Shown: positions 42,151 through 51,024 of the stretch, in pieces
Layout: each line of letters starts with the position of its first letter
How positions within the stretch are numbered: the stretch's first letter is position 1
Program-made: the position numbers and the translations under genes
Source: a virus
Taxonomy: Duplodnaviria > Caudoviricetes
Strand: one strand, 5' to 3'
Virus record (IMG/VR): IMGVR_UViG_3300043449_000801
Coordinates: 1-58,493 of that record
DNA length: 58,493 nt
The notes under the pieces: model-generated
What the model saw: only the letters and a program-made list of their open reading frames with translations
Database searches by the model: none
Told to the model about the DNA's origin: nothing

Positions 42151-42168
42151 TACACAAATATACAAAAA

Positions 42169-42603
42169 TTATACTGTATGTACTATTAACTCAACATACA
42201 AATCATCTAACAATGCATCTTGAGCAACTCCTGCTGAATATGTGTTAAATGAAACTTCGTTATCGTTTAAAACAGAAAAATCAAAGGTGTTATCTTCTGC
42301 TGTTGAAACACCTATAATCATTCCTGCTTTTGCGTTATCAAATGTACCTGTGGATGTAAATATATATTGACCTACTCCATCATAAGACCATGTACCAGTA
42401 ATTGTATTTCCTGGAACTAATGTTGCAACTGGCGCAGTAACACCTGTTTGAGTAAGATAAGCACGATAAATACTCGTAGAACGCTCAATATCAATAATCT
42501 CTTGAGGGGTAATGTTCTTAGTTACACCTGTGTCAGCGTCAGAACAAATGATTTTATCGCCTGCCTTAGCAGTACCTACAGTATAGTTATTTATCTTTCC
42601 CAT
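42169..42603 (-). CDS. Putative virion/tail accessory protein
   Basis: Beta-rich (YRAYLTQTG..AP, W.Y.GVGQY); TATCTTTG at 42608-42615, 4 nt before ATG. Confidence 0.6.
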   Translation of the reverse strand: MGKINNYTVGTAKAGDKIICSDADTGVTKNITPQEIIDIERSTSIYRAYLTQTGVTAPVATLVPGNTITGTWSYDGVGQYIFTSTGTFDNAKAGMIIGVSTAEDNTFDFSVLNDNEVSFNTYSAGVAQDALLDDLYVELIVHTV

Positions 42604-42622
42604 AATGCAAAGATACTAAATT

Positions 42623-42760
42623 TTATCTTCCCTGTCGATTATACGACTTAGTGTAGTTCTTACTACTCTTTAGCTTAGATGTTTTGCTCTTAGCATGAAC
42701 TCCAGGACGGGATACTTTGTACTTTCCTACCCTTACAACATTTGGTGATTTAGATGCCAT
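42623..42760 (-). CDS. 45 aa very basic protein (absent from ORF track)
   Basis: MASKSPNVVRVGKYKVSRPGVHAKSKTSKLKSSKNYTKSYNRQGR; fills the gap and overlaps the endolysin stop. Confidence 0.65.
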   Translation of the reverse strand: MASKSPNVVRVGKYKVSRPGVHAKSKTSKLKSSKNYTKSYNRQGR

Positions 42761-43445
42761 TGGTAAGTGATTTAAGCATTTCAATCATCTTTGGTTGAGG
42801 AGAAATATCGCTCTTATCTCTTCTATATGAGTTGTGTGTATACAATCCTGGAACAGCAGTCAATGCGTTCTTGGATACCTTCCACATGTCATTTTCATTA
42901 TATGTAATCGGAATATTCCAGATTTTGTTCCAATATATTGACAACTTACGTACAGATTCAATCTGTGCATCTGTGTATGCATGGTAGTATTTATGCCCTT
43001 TATATGGTACAGGAAGCTCACATACTTGATCATTAGGAACTACTCTATCTACATAGTTATAGTATTTTCCATCTGATTTCAATCTAAGAGGTCCCCAGTT
43101 ACATATCTCAATACCAATAGCATTAGGATCTAGTGAACGATAAGGAACACCCATAGCTCGGAATACATCAGGTTTAATACCTAAATGGTAAGCCCAATAC
43201 TTAGAAGAAAATGCTTGGCAAATCTCCCCATCATAAGTATCCTTGCTAAGTCCTTTACCTGAGATAGTAACACAAGTAGCTATTCTACCTCTATCGTCAT
43301 TATCCCACATCTTTATTACACCAGGACCGGAAGAGTTTCCAGCTGTGTGATGTAGAACAATTTGTAACTTTTTAGTTTCCTTCTTGATGTACTGAGACTC
43401 AGACATCGGAACCTGCTTTATCTTAGATAGGTCAAGCAAAGACAT
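42750..43445 (-). CDS. Endolysin, N-acetylmuramoyl-L-alanine amidase (Amidase_2)
   Basis: IVLHHTAG, WAYHLG, IGIEICN, YTDAQI, THNS..DKSD. Confidence 0.88.
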   Translation of the reverse strand: MSLLDLSKIKQVPMSESQYIKKETKKLQIVLHHTAGNSSGPGVIKMWDNDDRGRIATCVTISGKGLSKDTYDGEICQAFSSKYWAYHLGIKPDVFRAMGVPYRSLDPNAIGIEICNWGPLRLKSDGKYYNYVDRVVPNDQVCELPVPYKGHKYYHAYTDAQIESVRKLSIYWNKIWNIPITYNENDMWKVSKNALTAVPGLYTHNSYRRDKSDISPQPKMIEMLKSLTNGI

Positions 43446-43708
43446 TACTTTCTAAATTTACGAGTAACTAATTTAACGATAATCTCACCAACCTTTTTGA
43501 AGAACCCTTTCTCTGCATCAACATGTACATTAGTTCCTTCTGGTGTCTTATCAACTTCAACAGTAAGGTTTTTACCGTGTAATTGAAAATGTTTATCTGT
43601 CTCATTCTTTTCGAATTCAACATTTACATTCTTAGTATCAACCTTAACATCGATGTTTTTTCCTTGCTTTTTGACTTTTACTTCAAAGTCTTCTTTTCGA
43701 TTTTCCAT
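43445..43708 (-). CDS. Hypothetical protein in the lysis cassette
   Basis: Repeating V.V.K beta strands and an amphipathic C-terminus. Confidence 0.6.
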   Translation of the reverse strand: MENRKEDFEVKVKKQGKNIDVKVDTKNVNVEFEKNETDKHFQLHGKNLTVEVDKTPEGTNVHVDAEKGFFKKVGEIIVKLVTRKFRK

Positions 43709-43714
43709 AGTTAA

Positions 43715-43894
43715 TTATTCTTCTGAGAACAAATTTGATAAAAATTTTCCAATTACACCGCTAAATAATGCAATATATGCAAGCCAATCTACTTTTTCAT
43801 ATATGGCAAACGATGTAATGGTTGCGCTTGCAGCAAGCAAAGAGTCTCCAATTTTTCTCCATTTCTTAGGAGTAGGAGCATAATACTTTTTCAT
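43715..43894 (-). CDS. Putative holin, 59 aa, two TM segments (absent from ORF track)
   Basis: MKKYYAPTPKKWRKIGDSLLAASATITSFAIYEKVDWLAYIALFSGVIGKFLSNLFSEE; ATGA overlap with the upstream gene. Confidence 0.65.
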   Translation of the reverse strand: MKKYYAPTPKKWRKIGDSLLAASATITSFAIYEKVDWLAYIALFSGVIGKFLSNLFSEE

Positions 43895-44178
43895 CTGTTT
43901 ACTATTAATTCTCTTACAGCTAAAGATAAGTCACTCACATTTCTAGCTAGGTTTTTTATCTCTAGTTGTGTCTGTTCCATCAAGGCTTGATACTTTAGGC
44001 GTGATTCTTGTTCTACTAGTTCTATCTTACCTTTTAACTTTCCTTGATCTTCAATGACCTTATTTTGGCCATCTACAACCTTCTTAAGGTCTGCGTGAGC
44101 CATTCTTAGAAAGTATCCTATAATTGCTATCACTGTTGCAATTACAAATAATATTACGGGTACGCTTGAGTTTGTCAT
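43891..44178 (-). CDS. Membrane-anchored coiled-coil lysis accessory protein
   Basis: N-terminal TM plus coiled coil, within the lysis cassette. Confidence 0.55.
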   Translation of the reverse strand: MTNSSVPVILFVIATVIAIIGYFLRMAHADLKKVVDGQNKVIEDQGKLKGKIELVEQESRLKYQALMEQTQLEIKNLARNVSDLSLAVRELIVNR

Positions 44179-44180
44179 GA

Positions 44181-44531
44181 TTATTCTCTTGTTGTTTGTT
44201 CACTATCTCTTATTAATACAGGGCTTGTTATGGCTAATGAGGCTCCTTGTCTGTTATATGCCGTAATTACACACTTTATATTACATCCAACATCACTTTG
44301 AGTTAACTCATATGTGTCTGAACTAGAAGCAATTAAATCATTTCTATACCAAAGATAATCATATGACTCAACATCATTTTCCCACCTACCTAGGTCTACA
44401 TATAATACTCCTCCTGGTGAAGGGGTTCCAGATAATGATGGGGCAACTACACATATTGGAATTCCTTCCGGATTCTTCTCTATCAGGTTATTGTTAGAAG
44501 CAAAGAATGGTATGGATCCAAAGTTGTACAT
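44181..44531 (-). CDS. Ig-like domain protein
   Basis: P.LSGTP..G, G.W, Y.Y.WYR, TY.LT..DVG..I.C..TA.N. Confidence 0.65.
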   Translation of the reverse strand: MYNFGSIPFFASNNNLIEKNPEGIPICVVAPSLSGTPSPGGVLYVDLGRWENDVESYDYLWYRNDLIASSSDTYELTQSDVGCNIKCVITAYNRQGASLAITSPVLIRDSEQTTRE

Positions 44532-44821
44532 TACTTAAGAATAAGTGTTACGCTACCTGAAGTAAGTTGAATGTTATAGAAAGGCTTGTTGATATCAAGA
44601 GGTGTAAGTAATGCACCTGCTTTTACTGCTACAAGTGGAGCAGCTATTTGATCTGCAAGAACATTATAAATAACATCATTAGTATCAATACTTTCTAATG
44701 TATCAAAAATTGTATCCTGTAAAACAGCGATTGCATATACTCTTCCAGTATAAAGCGAAGTGTCATTCAAGATATATGAACCTCCTCGTGCTGTTAATAT
44801 TTCACCATATGAATTTGCCAT
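44531..44821 (-). CDS. Small putative virion protein
   Basis: Beta-rich, ends IQLTSGSV. Confidence 0.55.
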   Translation of the reverse strand: MANSYGEILTARGGSYILNDTSLYTGRVYAIAVLQDTIFDTLESIDTNDVIYNVLADQIAAPLVAVKAGALLTPLDINKPFYNIQLTSGSVTLILK

Positions 44822-44827
44822 CTGACG

Positions 44828-45103
44828 TTATTTTTTTGTTGTTTTACCGTTTGCTCCGTTTCTTGCCCTATTTGTTCTATAGTTTTCCTTTACCATTTTT
44901 CCACCCCTCGTGTGGCTCATGTCAAGGTTATCACCATTTCCATACGTACCAGCCTTTCGATTAGCACGATTTAACTCTACTCTTTTCTTGCGCTCCCTGT
45001 CTGTCTTGTTCAGCTCACGCTGCTGCTTAAGCCTCTTCTCACGAGCTTCAGGATTAGCTGCGTAGTACCTCGCTGTCCTCCCTCTTGTTGCCATAAGGTA
45101 CAA
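44828..45103 (-). CDS. Basic protein with a degenerate HNH-like motif
   Basis: GDNLDMSH...NRARN. Confidence 0.5.
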   Translation of the reverse strand: MYLMATRGRTARYYAANPEAREKRLKQQRELNKTDRERKKRVELNRANRKAGTYGNGDNLDMSHTRGGKMVKENYRTNRARNGANGKTTKK

Positions 45104-45257
45104 GTTTATTTAATGACTGCTTACGCTCTTCGCATCCACAGTCTTCAATTATTCCTAACTCAACAGCCTTATTAACAGCGTACTTGATGCCCGTCTTCTC
45201 CGCGAGAAACTCTACCGTATCACCAAGTCCTTTATGCCGTTTAATAACCTGTATCAT
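45054..45257 (-). CDS. Hypothetical phage protein
   Basis: GLGDTVE..TGIK...CGCEERK..LN. Confidence 0.65.
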   Translation of the reverse strand: MIQVIKRHKGLGDTVEFLAEKTGIKYAVNKAVELGIIEDCGCEERKQSLNKLVPYGNKREDSEVLRS

Positions 45258-45457
45258 TTTTTCTTCTTCATCATGTTCATCATGGACATAGAACTCATGT
45301 TGTTCATGCCATTCATCATGGACATTTTAAGTCGAATTTCTTTAGCCTCACCCTCCATTTCTTTCATATCTTTCATTGACTTCTTTAATGAAATCAACTT
45401 ATCGATATAAGTCTCATTTGAAGAGTATGGCTTATTGTATGGGTACTTATTTTTCAT
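45254..45457 (-). CDS. Met/Lys-rich small protein
   Basis: ORF preceded by TATATTTG (45462-45469), 4 nt before ATG. Confidence 0.55.
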   Translation of the reverse strand: MKNKYPYNKPYSSNETYIDKLISLKKSMKDMKEMEGEAKEIRLKMSMMNGMNNMSSMSMMNMMKKKK

Positions 45458-45503
45458 ACCACAAATATACGTAAAAATATGTATCTAATTGAAAGTAAAA
45501 ACA

Positions 45504-45728
45504 TCAGAGATAAAGAGCAGAAATAAAGCTATCTATATCTTCGTAAGACTCACCATCTATGGTACAACTCAAATCAAGAAGAATAATCCCAGAGTCTGTG
45601 TACACGTGTACTTGGCTATTGCTTATGACTTGGTAGTATTGGCCGTCTATATCTATGAATTGGTAGAACACATCGTAATGTGAAAATCCACCTTCTATTT
45701 TCGTAATATTATACATATCGTTTTGCAA
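45504..45728 (-). CDS. Small tail-fibre-associated protein
   Basis: Overlaps the end of the tail fibre gene. Confidence 0.5.
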   Translation of the reverse strand: MQNDMYNITKIEGGFSHYDVFYQFIDIDGQYYQVISNSQVHVYTDSGIILLDLSCTIDGESYEDIDSFISALYL

Positions 45729-47325
45729 ATGCGTATTGTACTACCGCAGTAGTGGCTGTTGATGATGGTTGTACTGCAAATATAAGATAATAAGTAAGTG
45801 TTTCGTCAAATGTAATACTTCCATTCGCACCTGTTGACGTGAAGTCAGTTGCTACTGTCGTACCTGTATTAACGCAAATTAAGTTGTTAATTGTTGGGTT
45901 GATAAACAATGATCTACGTCCTTGAGTAAACCAGTTACTTGTTGTCATTGAATTAAATACCCCAAGCAACGTTGCACCTGTCAAGGAATCCGATGTGTTA
46001 ATGTATACTTGAAACGCTATAGTACCTGTAAGTGTTGCAACCCTTATCGCCCTTGCTTCAATCTCTAATATACTAATTGCACTTATTGTGTTCGCAGGAA
46101 GAGTAATTGTTGCACTCTTGGTCATGGCAGTAACACCTGTAACATTGGTTCCTGTTACAATTCCAAGGGATGGGTTTCCATTTATTGTGATGTTGCCTGA
46201 TCCAAGTAAGGAAGTACTGTTGATTGTCTTTATGTTTGTTCCGGATATAAGCAAATCCTGCTTACCATTGAATGTGTTCCAATCAGTTGATGAAAGGTAA
46301 CCACTTGTAGATGTTGTTGCTTGAGTTATTCCTATAGTGCCTGATGTTGTAATAGGTCCACCTGTAATAGGTGCTGATGTAGCAACAGATGTTACCGTTC
46401 CTGACCCCCCGCTTGGTGCTTGTGCTACCCATAACGAACCGTTATATGTAAGAACATCGTTAGTAGTTGGAGGTATAGTTATTAAGTCAACATCGTGTAT
46501 CTCATCTAACTCATAACCGTTTTGAACCCTTACGTATATCTGACCGTTACCAGCGTTAGCTCTCTCAACAATACCTGCATATACCAAGTGATTTGGAGCA
46601 TAAGGCTTTACGTTTGTAAGAGATCCTGCTGTAGCACCTACATATAAGGTATCTCCTGCTGTATACATACTTGTGTTTAAGTTCTGTATTACACCCTGAG
46701 TTATTATAAACCCTGTGCCGTTTGAAGGAATAGAGCTGCTAAATACAAGGCCTACAGTCTTAGCAGATGTTGCATCACTCGTGTTATTCGCTAATTTAAC
46801 AGACATCCTATCTCCTGATGCGCTAAATGCATATACTGGCTCACCCTTGTTTATTGTTACACTGTCATCATTGGTTACAAACGCAAACATCTGATTAGGT
46901 GCTATACCAATCATTTGGAAGTTAGTCCCATCGTAAATAACTAAAAACTCTTGGCCTACACGTATGTCTCCACCTATTATATTTACATCGTTATTCTTAA
47001 CAAGATTAATCGCACCTAATCCATTGATATCCAATGTGGCTCCATTAACATTATTCGTATTAAACTTTATAATGTAAGCTTCGTTTGTAGTATACGATGT
47101 TACTCCAGCTATAGTTGTTGTATAAATATCTGTAACAGCTGCTGTAGCTGTTCCACTCTTTATCCCACTACCAGAAGATGGAGTGGACCATGTTCCGTCA
47201 CCCCTTAAGTATGTCGTAGCATCATACGTACCACTACCAAGATTAAACAACGGGACCTTATCCTCCTGAGAGAAAGGTATAATCTTGTCTAAAACTTTCT
47301 TAAGTGGACGAGGGAATATGCTCAT
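45709..47325 (-). CDS. Tail fibre / receptor-binding protein
   Basis: YLRGDGTW, YELDEIHDV, GTVTSV, SGYLSSTDWNTFNGKQ, SGTNIKTIN..SLLGSGNI fibre-type modules; TATATTTG at 47333-47340. Confidence 0.8.
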   Translation of the reverse strand: MSIFPRPLKKVLDKIIPFSQEDKVPLFNLGSGTYDATTYLRGDGTWSTPSSGSGIKSGTATAAVTDIYTTTIAGVTSYTTNEAYIIKFNTNNVNGATLDINGLGAINLVKNNDVNIIGGDIRVGQEFLVIYDGTNFQMIGIAPNQMFAFVTNDDSVTINKGEPVYAFSASGDRMSVKLANNTSDATSAKTVGLVFSSSIPSNGTGFIITQGVIQNLNTSMYTAGDTLYVGATAGSLTNVKPYAPNHLVYAGIVERANAGNGQIYVRVQNGYELDEIHDVDLITIPPTTNDVLTYNGSLWVAQAPSGGSGTVTSVATSAPITGGPITTSGTIGITQATTSTSGYLSSTDWNTFNGKQDLLISGTNIKTINSTSLLGSGNITINGNPSLGIVTGTNVTGVTAMTKSATITLPANTISAISILEIEARAIRVATLTGTIAFQVYINTSDSLTGATLLGVFNSMTTSNWFTQGRRSLFINPTINNLICVNTGTTVATDFTSTGANGSITFDETLTYYLIFAVQPSSTATTAVVQYAFAKRYV

Positions 47326-47355
47326 TATGTCGCAAATATACTCTATTTTTGTGAC

Positions 47356-47901
47356 ATGATTGGAACAGTTAAGAGGAAACCAGTTATCCTAATAAAGAGG
47401 AAAAATCCTAAAAAAAAGAAGAAGAGAGTACTCATCGCAGACCGTGAAGAGCCAGAGCATAACTTCATGAAGTACTACAAAGTCATCAAGTACTGGGCGA
47501 AGCGAAACTACAACCTTACAGAGCCTGACCTAGAGATGCTGTTCTTCCTTCATGACGAACGCCTGTTCAAACAGGCGAACTTCGAAGAATACAACAACAT
47601 ATTCTCGTGGGACTCAAGACGCTTCCAACGTCTCATGCGTAATGGCATGATACACGTATGGCGTAAGCCTATGGGTAATGAGGCACGACTCTATGAGCTT
47701 ACGCGCACCGGCAAAAGACTAATCACAAGAATGTACCAAATGATGCTTGGAAATGAGCCGATTCCTACATCCCCAAGAAGGAACACTATCTTCTCATCGA
47801 AGAGATTCTCCGATAAGGTCTATGCAATGGCAATCAATAAGTTCAACGAAGAGATCAAAGCACCAAAGCAACATCTCGATACTGAATCATCCGATACATA
47901 G
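47356..47901 (+). CDS. Winged-helix (MarR-like) protein, the only plus-strand gene inside the late block
   Basis: L..PDLEMLFFL ... LMRNGMI ... YELTRTGKRL. Confidence 0.6.
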   Translation: MIGTVKRKPVILIKRKNPKKKKKRVLIADREEPEHNFMKYYKVIKYWAKRNYNLTEPDLEMLFFLHDERLFKQANFEEYNNIFSWDSRRFQRLMRNGMIHVWRKPMGNEARLYELTRTGKRLITRMYQMMLGNEPIPTSPRRNTIFSSKRFSDKVYAMAINKFNEEIKAPKQHLDTESSDT

Positions 47902-48115
47902 ATTCACCACTCCTGTAGTCGTGTCCCTGTACCGCATCGTATACGATCCTATCACCCTTCTTAATGCTTCCGTTGTGTTCGCTAGATACCACAACGATAC
48001 CCTCTTGGTATCGCTGCTTAGTAACCTCCTTCCCACTGAGCAATAGTCCGCTGCTGCTTTCCTGAACCTCAACCTTACAAGGCTCAACCAACAAAAAGTT
48101 ATTTAACGCTATCAT
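47855..48115 (-). CDS. groES: Co-chaperonin GroES
   Basis: ALNNFLLVEP, SSSGLLL, GIVV, IKKGDRIVY; adjacent to groEL. Confidence 0.82.
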   Translation of the reverse strand: MIALNNFLLVEPCKVEVQESSSGLLLSGKEVTKQRYQEGIVVVSSEHNGSIKKGDRIVYDAVQGHDYRSGESMYRMIQYRDVALVL

Positions 48116-49688
48116 TCTCTCTTACATTAGTTATTATCGCATTGGTGCTTAGTATCGTCACAGCGACACTCACAGCGTTCATCAGCGCACTCTTAGTGAC
48201 CTTACACGGATCAATAACACCCATCTTCATCATGTTACCATACGTGCCATTCTTAACGTCATAACCAAACCAAAAGTTCTCTGCAATAACATCAGTGAAC
48301 ACGTTGTCCCATCCAAGGCCTGCGTTCGCGCAGATCTTCTTAAATGGCGCATACACCGCATTCAACAGAATGTTCTTCGCCTCAACCTGATCACTGCTGT
48401 ACGACTTTGTTGGAAGGGAGTCATCGATGTCATACATCGCACGAATCAACGCCATACCGGACCCAGGCAATACACCCTCCTCCTTGGCAGCCTTTACAGC
48501 CAACACCGCGTCATCGATCCTATCCCTCAACTCCTTCTGTTCAATGTCGCTCTGCGCTCCAACGTAAATAACACCTATGCCACCGTATATGTTGGCAATC
48601 CTTTCGTTTATGAACTGCACATCAGCCTCAGTTGTCTCCTGCTCTATGCTATCCTTAAGCTGTGCAATGTATCCCTTCAACTCAGGACTCTCTTCCGCAG
48701 GAACAATAACAGTGTTATCCTGACCAACGATTATTCTCTTCGCCTTACCAAGCCCCTCCATCGAACACAACGCTAAGTTGTCACCAGTAGACTCACTATA
48801 GTAATGCGCCCCAAGAGCTACTGCGATGTCGCGCATCATGTCATCCTTCCTATATCCGAAGTTAGGAGGCATAATGTGGCAGCAACGTATCTTGTTCTTC
48901 ACTACGTTCATGCTTAATGTCGCAAGAACCTGTGGAGATAAGTTACCGATGATCAACAACGGCTTATTGTCTCTCACTATTGGTGCGAGTATCGCCTCAA
49001 TATTAGCCAAGTTACTTATCTCAGCATCTGTCACCAATACATACGCGTCCTCTAGAACACACTCGTTCTTCTTATGGTCCGTAACAAAGTACTTCGATGT
49101 CCATCCTCGCTGAACCCTGATACCTGAGATCACTTCACTGTATGTCTTCGTAGTCTTACTGTTCTCAACAACAACGTACTCCACGTTGCTGTAAACATCA
49201 GATATTAACTTCCCAATCACAGGGTCGTTGTTCGAAGAGATAGTTGCCACATCGAGCAACACCTTCCCATTAACTCTCTTAGACTTCTTGTCAAGTACCT
49301 TACATACCTTATCAGCGATAGCCTGGATGTTACGCAGCACCTCAGTCTTGTTAGCCCATTCACCCATAGACTCAAACGAATCAATAATGGCCTTAGTCAA
49401 CACGATGCTCGTAGTTGTTCCATCACCTGCCATCGTGGCTGTCTTCGATGCTGCCTCTCTTACAAGCTGCACCGCTAGGTTCTCCACCGGATCGTACAAG
49501 TTAATCGACTTGGCTACAGTCACTCCATCCTTCGTTACAGTCACACCACCAACGTGGTTCTCTGACTCTACTAATACCGTCTGTCCGCAAGGACCTAGCG
49601 TGGATGACACCGCAGCTTCAATGATCGAGATGCCGGACTTAAGCTTATTACGCCCGTTCTCGTCTAATAATACCTGTTTAACTATCAT
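48099..49688 (-). CDS. groEL: Chaperonin GroEL
   Basis: TLGP.G, TKDGVTVAK, AGDGTTT, ERIA, EEGVLPG.G, GVIDP.KV. Confidence 0.95.
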   Translation of the reverse strand: MIVKQVLLDENGRNKLKSGISIIEAAVSSTLGPCGQTVLVESENHVGGVTVTKDGVTVAKSINLYDPVENLAVQLVREAASKTATMAGDGTTTSIVLTKAIIDSFESMGEWANKTEVLRNIQAIADKVCKVLDKKSKRVNGKVLLDVATISSNNDPVIGKLISDVYSNVEYVVVENSKTTKTYSEVISGIRVQRGWTSKYFVTDHKKNECVLEDAYVLVTDAEISNLANIEAILAPIVRDNKPLLIIGNLSPQVLATLSMNVVKNKIRCCHIMPPNFGYRKDDMMRDIAVALGAHYYSESTGDNLALCSMEGLGKAKRIIVGQDNTVIVPAEESPELKGYIAQLKDSIEQETTEADVQFINERIANIYGGIGVIYVGAQSDIEQKELRDRIDDAVLAVKAAKEEGVLPGSGMALIRAMYDIDDSLPTKSYSSDQVEAKNILLNAVYAPFKKICANAGLGWDNVFTDVIAENFWFGYDVKNGTYGNMMKMGVIDPCKVTKSALMNAVSVAVTILSTNAIITNVRENDSVK

Positions 49689-49704
49689 TTGATTTAATTT
49701 GATG

Positions 49705-49745
49705 CAAATATATAAAAAAAGTGACCCGATTGAGCCACTTTTTTT
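49705..49745 (-). terminator. Terminator (49714-49745) directly followed by the groEL promoter TATATTTG (49705-49712)
   Basis: GTGGCTC-AATC-GGGTCAC then T7 on the minus strand, then TAnnTTTG. Confidence 0.75.
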
Positions 49746-49764
49746 GATTTATTGGTGTAGAGTG

Positions 49765-50298
49765 TTATTGTTTTTTACCTTTCTTATACGTTCTTGTATA
49801 GAGAGTTGTTTCAGTTTTAGGGTCATATTTAAAATTACTAAATCTAACAGAAGGATCTTTTCTCTGATACCCTTTCATTTGATTTAGCATATAACTACGA
49901 TCAGATGCAGGTAATGCATTCATATATGTAGTTGAATCCATAGCATTCATTTTTTCCATTTGAGCAATACTTCTTCCTCCCTTCTTAGCATTTATTGTTC
50001 TTACAACTAGTGGTTTAGTATTCTCTTTTTTTACAGGTTGCTTCTTACGCGTAACAGTTACTCCAGGTAAGTTCTTTGTTAACGCTTGATCAAGCAACTT
50101 CTTGTTTACTTGACTTTTTCCAGTATAAGCTGTACCAGAAGTGCTAGTTGTTCTCCTAGTAGAAGAAGTAGTGCTTGTCTTCTTTGTAGGAGCTTTTTGT
50201 GTGTTTTTTGCAGCAGTCTTAACCTTACTAACTGCTGTTTTCATCATTCGACCAGCTACCTTAAATGGGTTTCCTGGATTTTTTCTAGTTGTTGCCAT
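49765..50298 (-). CDS. Lys/Thr-rich basic protein (paralog 1)
   Basis: Low-complexity basic N-terminus; shared C-terminal AMDS...QMK...FKYDPKT. Confidence 0.7.
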   Translation of the reverse strand: MATTRKNPGNPFKVAGRMMKTAVSKVKTAAKNTQKAPTKKTSTTSSTRRTTSTSGTAYTGKSQVNKKLLDQALTKNLPGVTVTRKKQPVKKENTKPLVVRTINAKKGGRSIAQMEKMNAMDSTTYMNALPASDRSYMLNQMKGYQRKDPSVRFSNFKYDPKTETTLYTRTYKKGKKQ

Positions 50299-50323
50299 AG
50301 TATTTTTTATTATATATTATTAT

Positions 50324-50932
50324 TTAATAGGCCGTAAACACGTAACTTCCTGTTTTAGGATCATACTTAAAATCCTTAAATCTTGTTCCAGGTCCATACT
50401 TTTTTTGAGCAGCCTTCATTTGTCTCATTGCCATATCTTTTGAATTTGCTCCATATTTCTGTCCAGCGGAACCAGTAAATGGCAAACCAGATTTAGGAGA
50501 AGCAGGTGCATTTCTTATTGTATTAACAAATGTAGCTGAATCCATCGCTGGTAATGCTGATATTTTTTGTCGAGTCATACCACCTAAAGATAGATATCCT
50601 CCACCTTTACCTTTAGGCTTAACTGTTACTCCTCTTAGGTTCTTAATCTTAGCATTGGCCTCCTTACGAGTCATCTCTCCAGACTTCTTCTTAGCCTTGT
50701 AGCCCTTAATAACGTCTTTCTTCTTTGGACCTACGCTAACTGGAGCAAATTCTCTAACTCCTCCTACACGAGATACGACACCGGAAGCAGCTGAACCTCC
50801 CTTAGACTTACCCGTTCCTTTCTCTCCTCCAAAGACGCTTCTAATCTTACTAACAACGTCCTTGCTTGTAACCTTCCTGCTGGAAGATGTAGTCTTGGCC
50901 TTTTTACCAGGCCCTGTTCTCATTATCGCCAT
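50324..50932 (-). CDS. Lys/Gly-rich basic protein (paralog 2)
   Basis: Shares AMDS...QMK...FKYDPKT with 49765-50298. Confidence 0.7.
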   Translation of the reverse strand: MAIMRTGPGKKAKTTSSSRKVTSKDVVSKIRSVFGGEKGTGKSKGGSAASGVVSRVGGVREFAPVSVGPKKKDVIKGYKAKKKSGEMTRKEANAKIKNLRGVTVKPKGKGGGYLSLGGMTRQKISALPAMDSATFVNTIRNAPASPKSGLPFTGSAGQKYGANSKDMAMRQMKAAQKKYGPGTRFKDFKYDPKTGSYVFTAY

Positions 50933-50965
50933 GACAATTTTTTTTTTTAAAGTTTAAACATAATG

Positions 50966-51002
50966 CAAATATATAAAAAAAGCGCAACATTACGCTGCGC
51001 TT
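50966..51002 (-). terminator. Terminator (50975-51002) followed by promoter TATATTTG (50966-50973)
   Basis: GCGCAGC-GTAAT-GTTGCGC then T7 on the minus strand. Confidence 0.75.
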
Positions 51003-51024
51003 CTTATAACCACCACTACTAAAC

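Noticed and set aside
43653-43883. 76 aa plus-strand ORF
   Set aside because: Antisense shadow of the holin-like ORF 43715-43894
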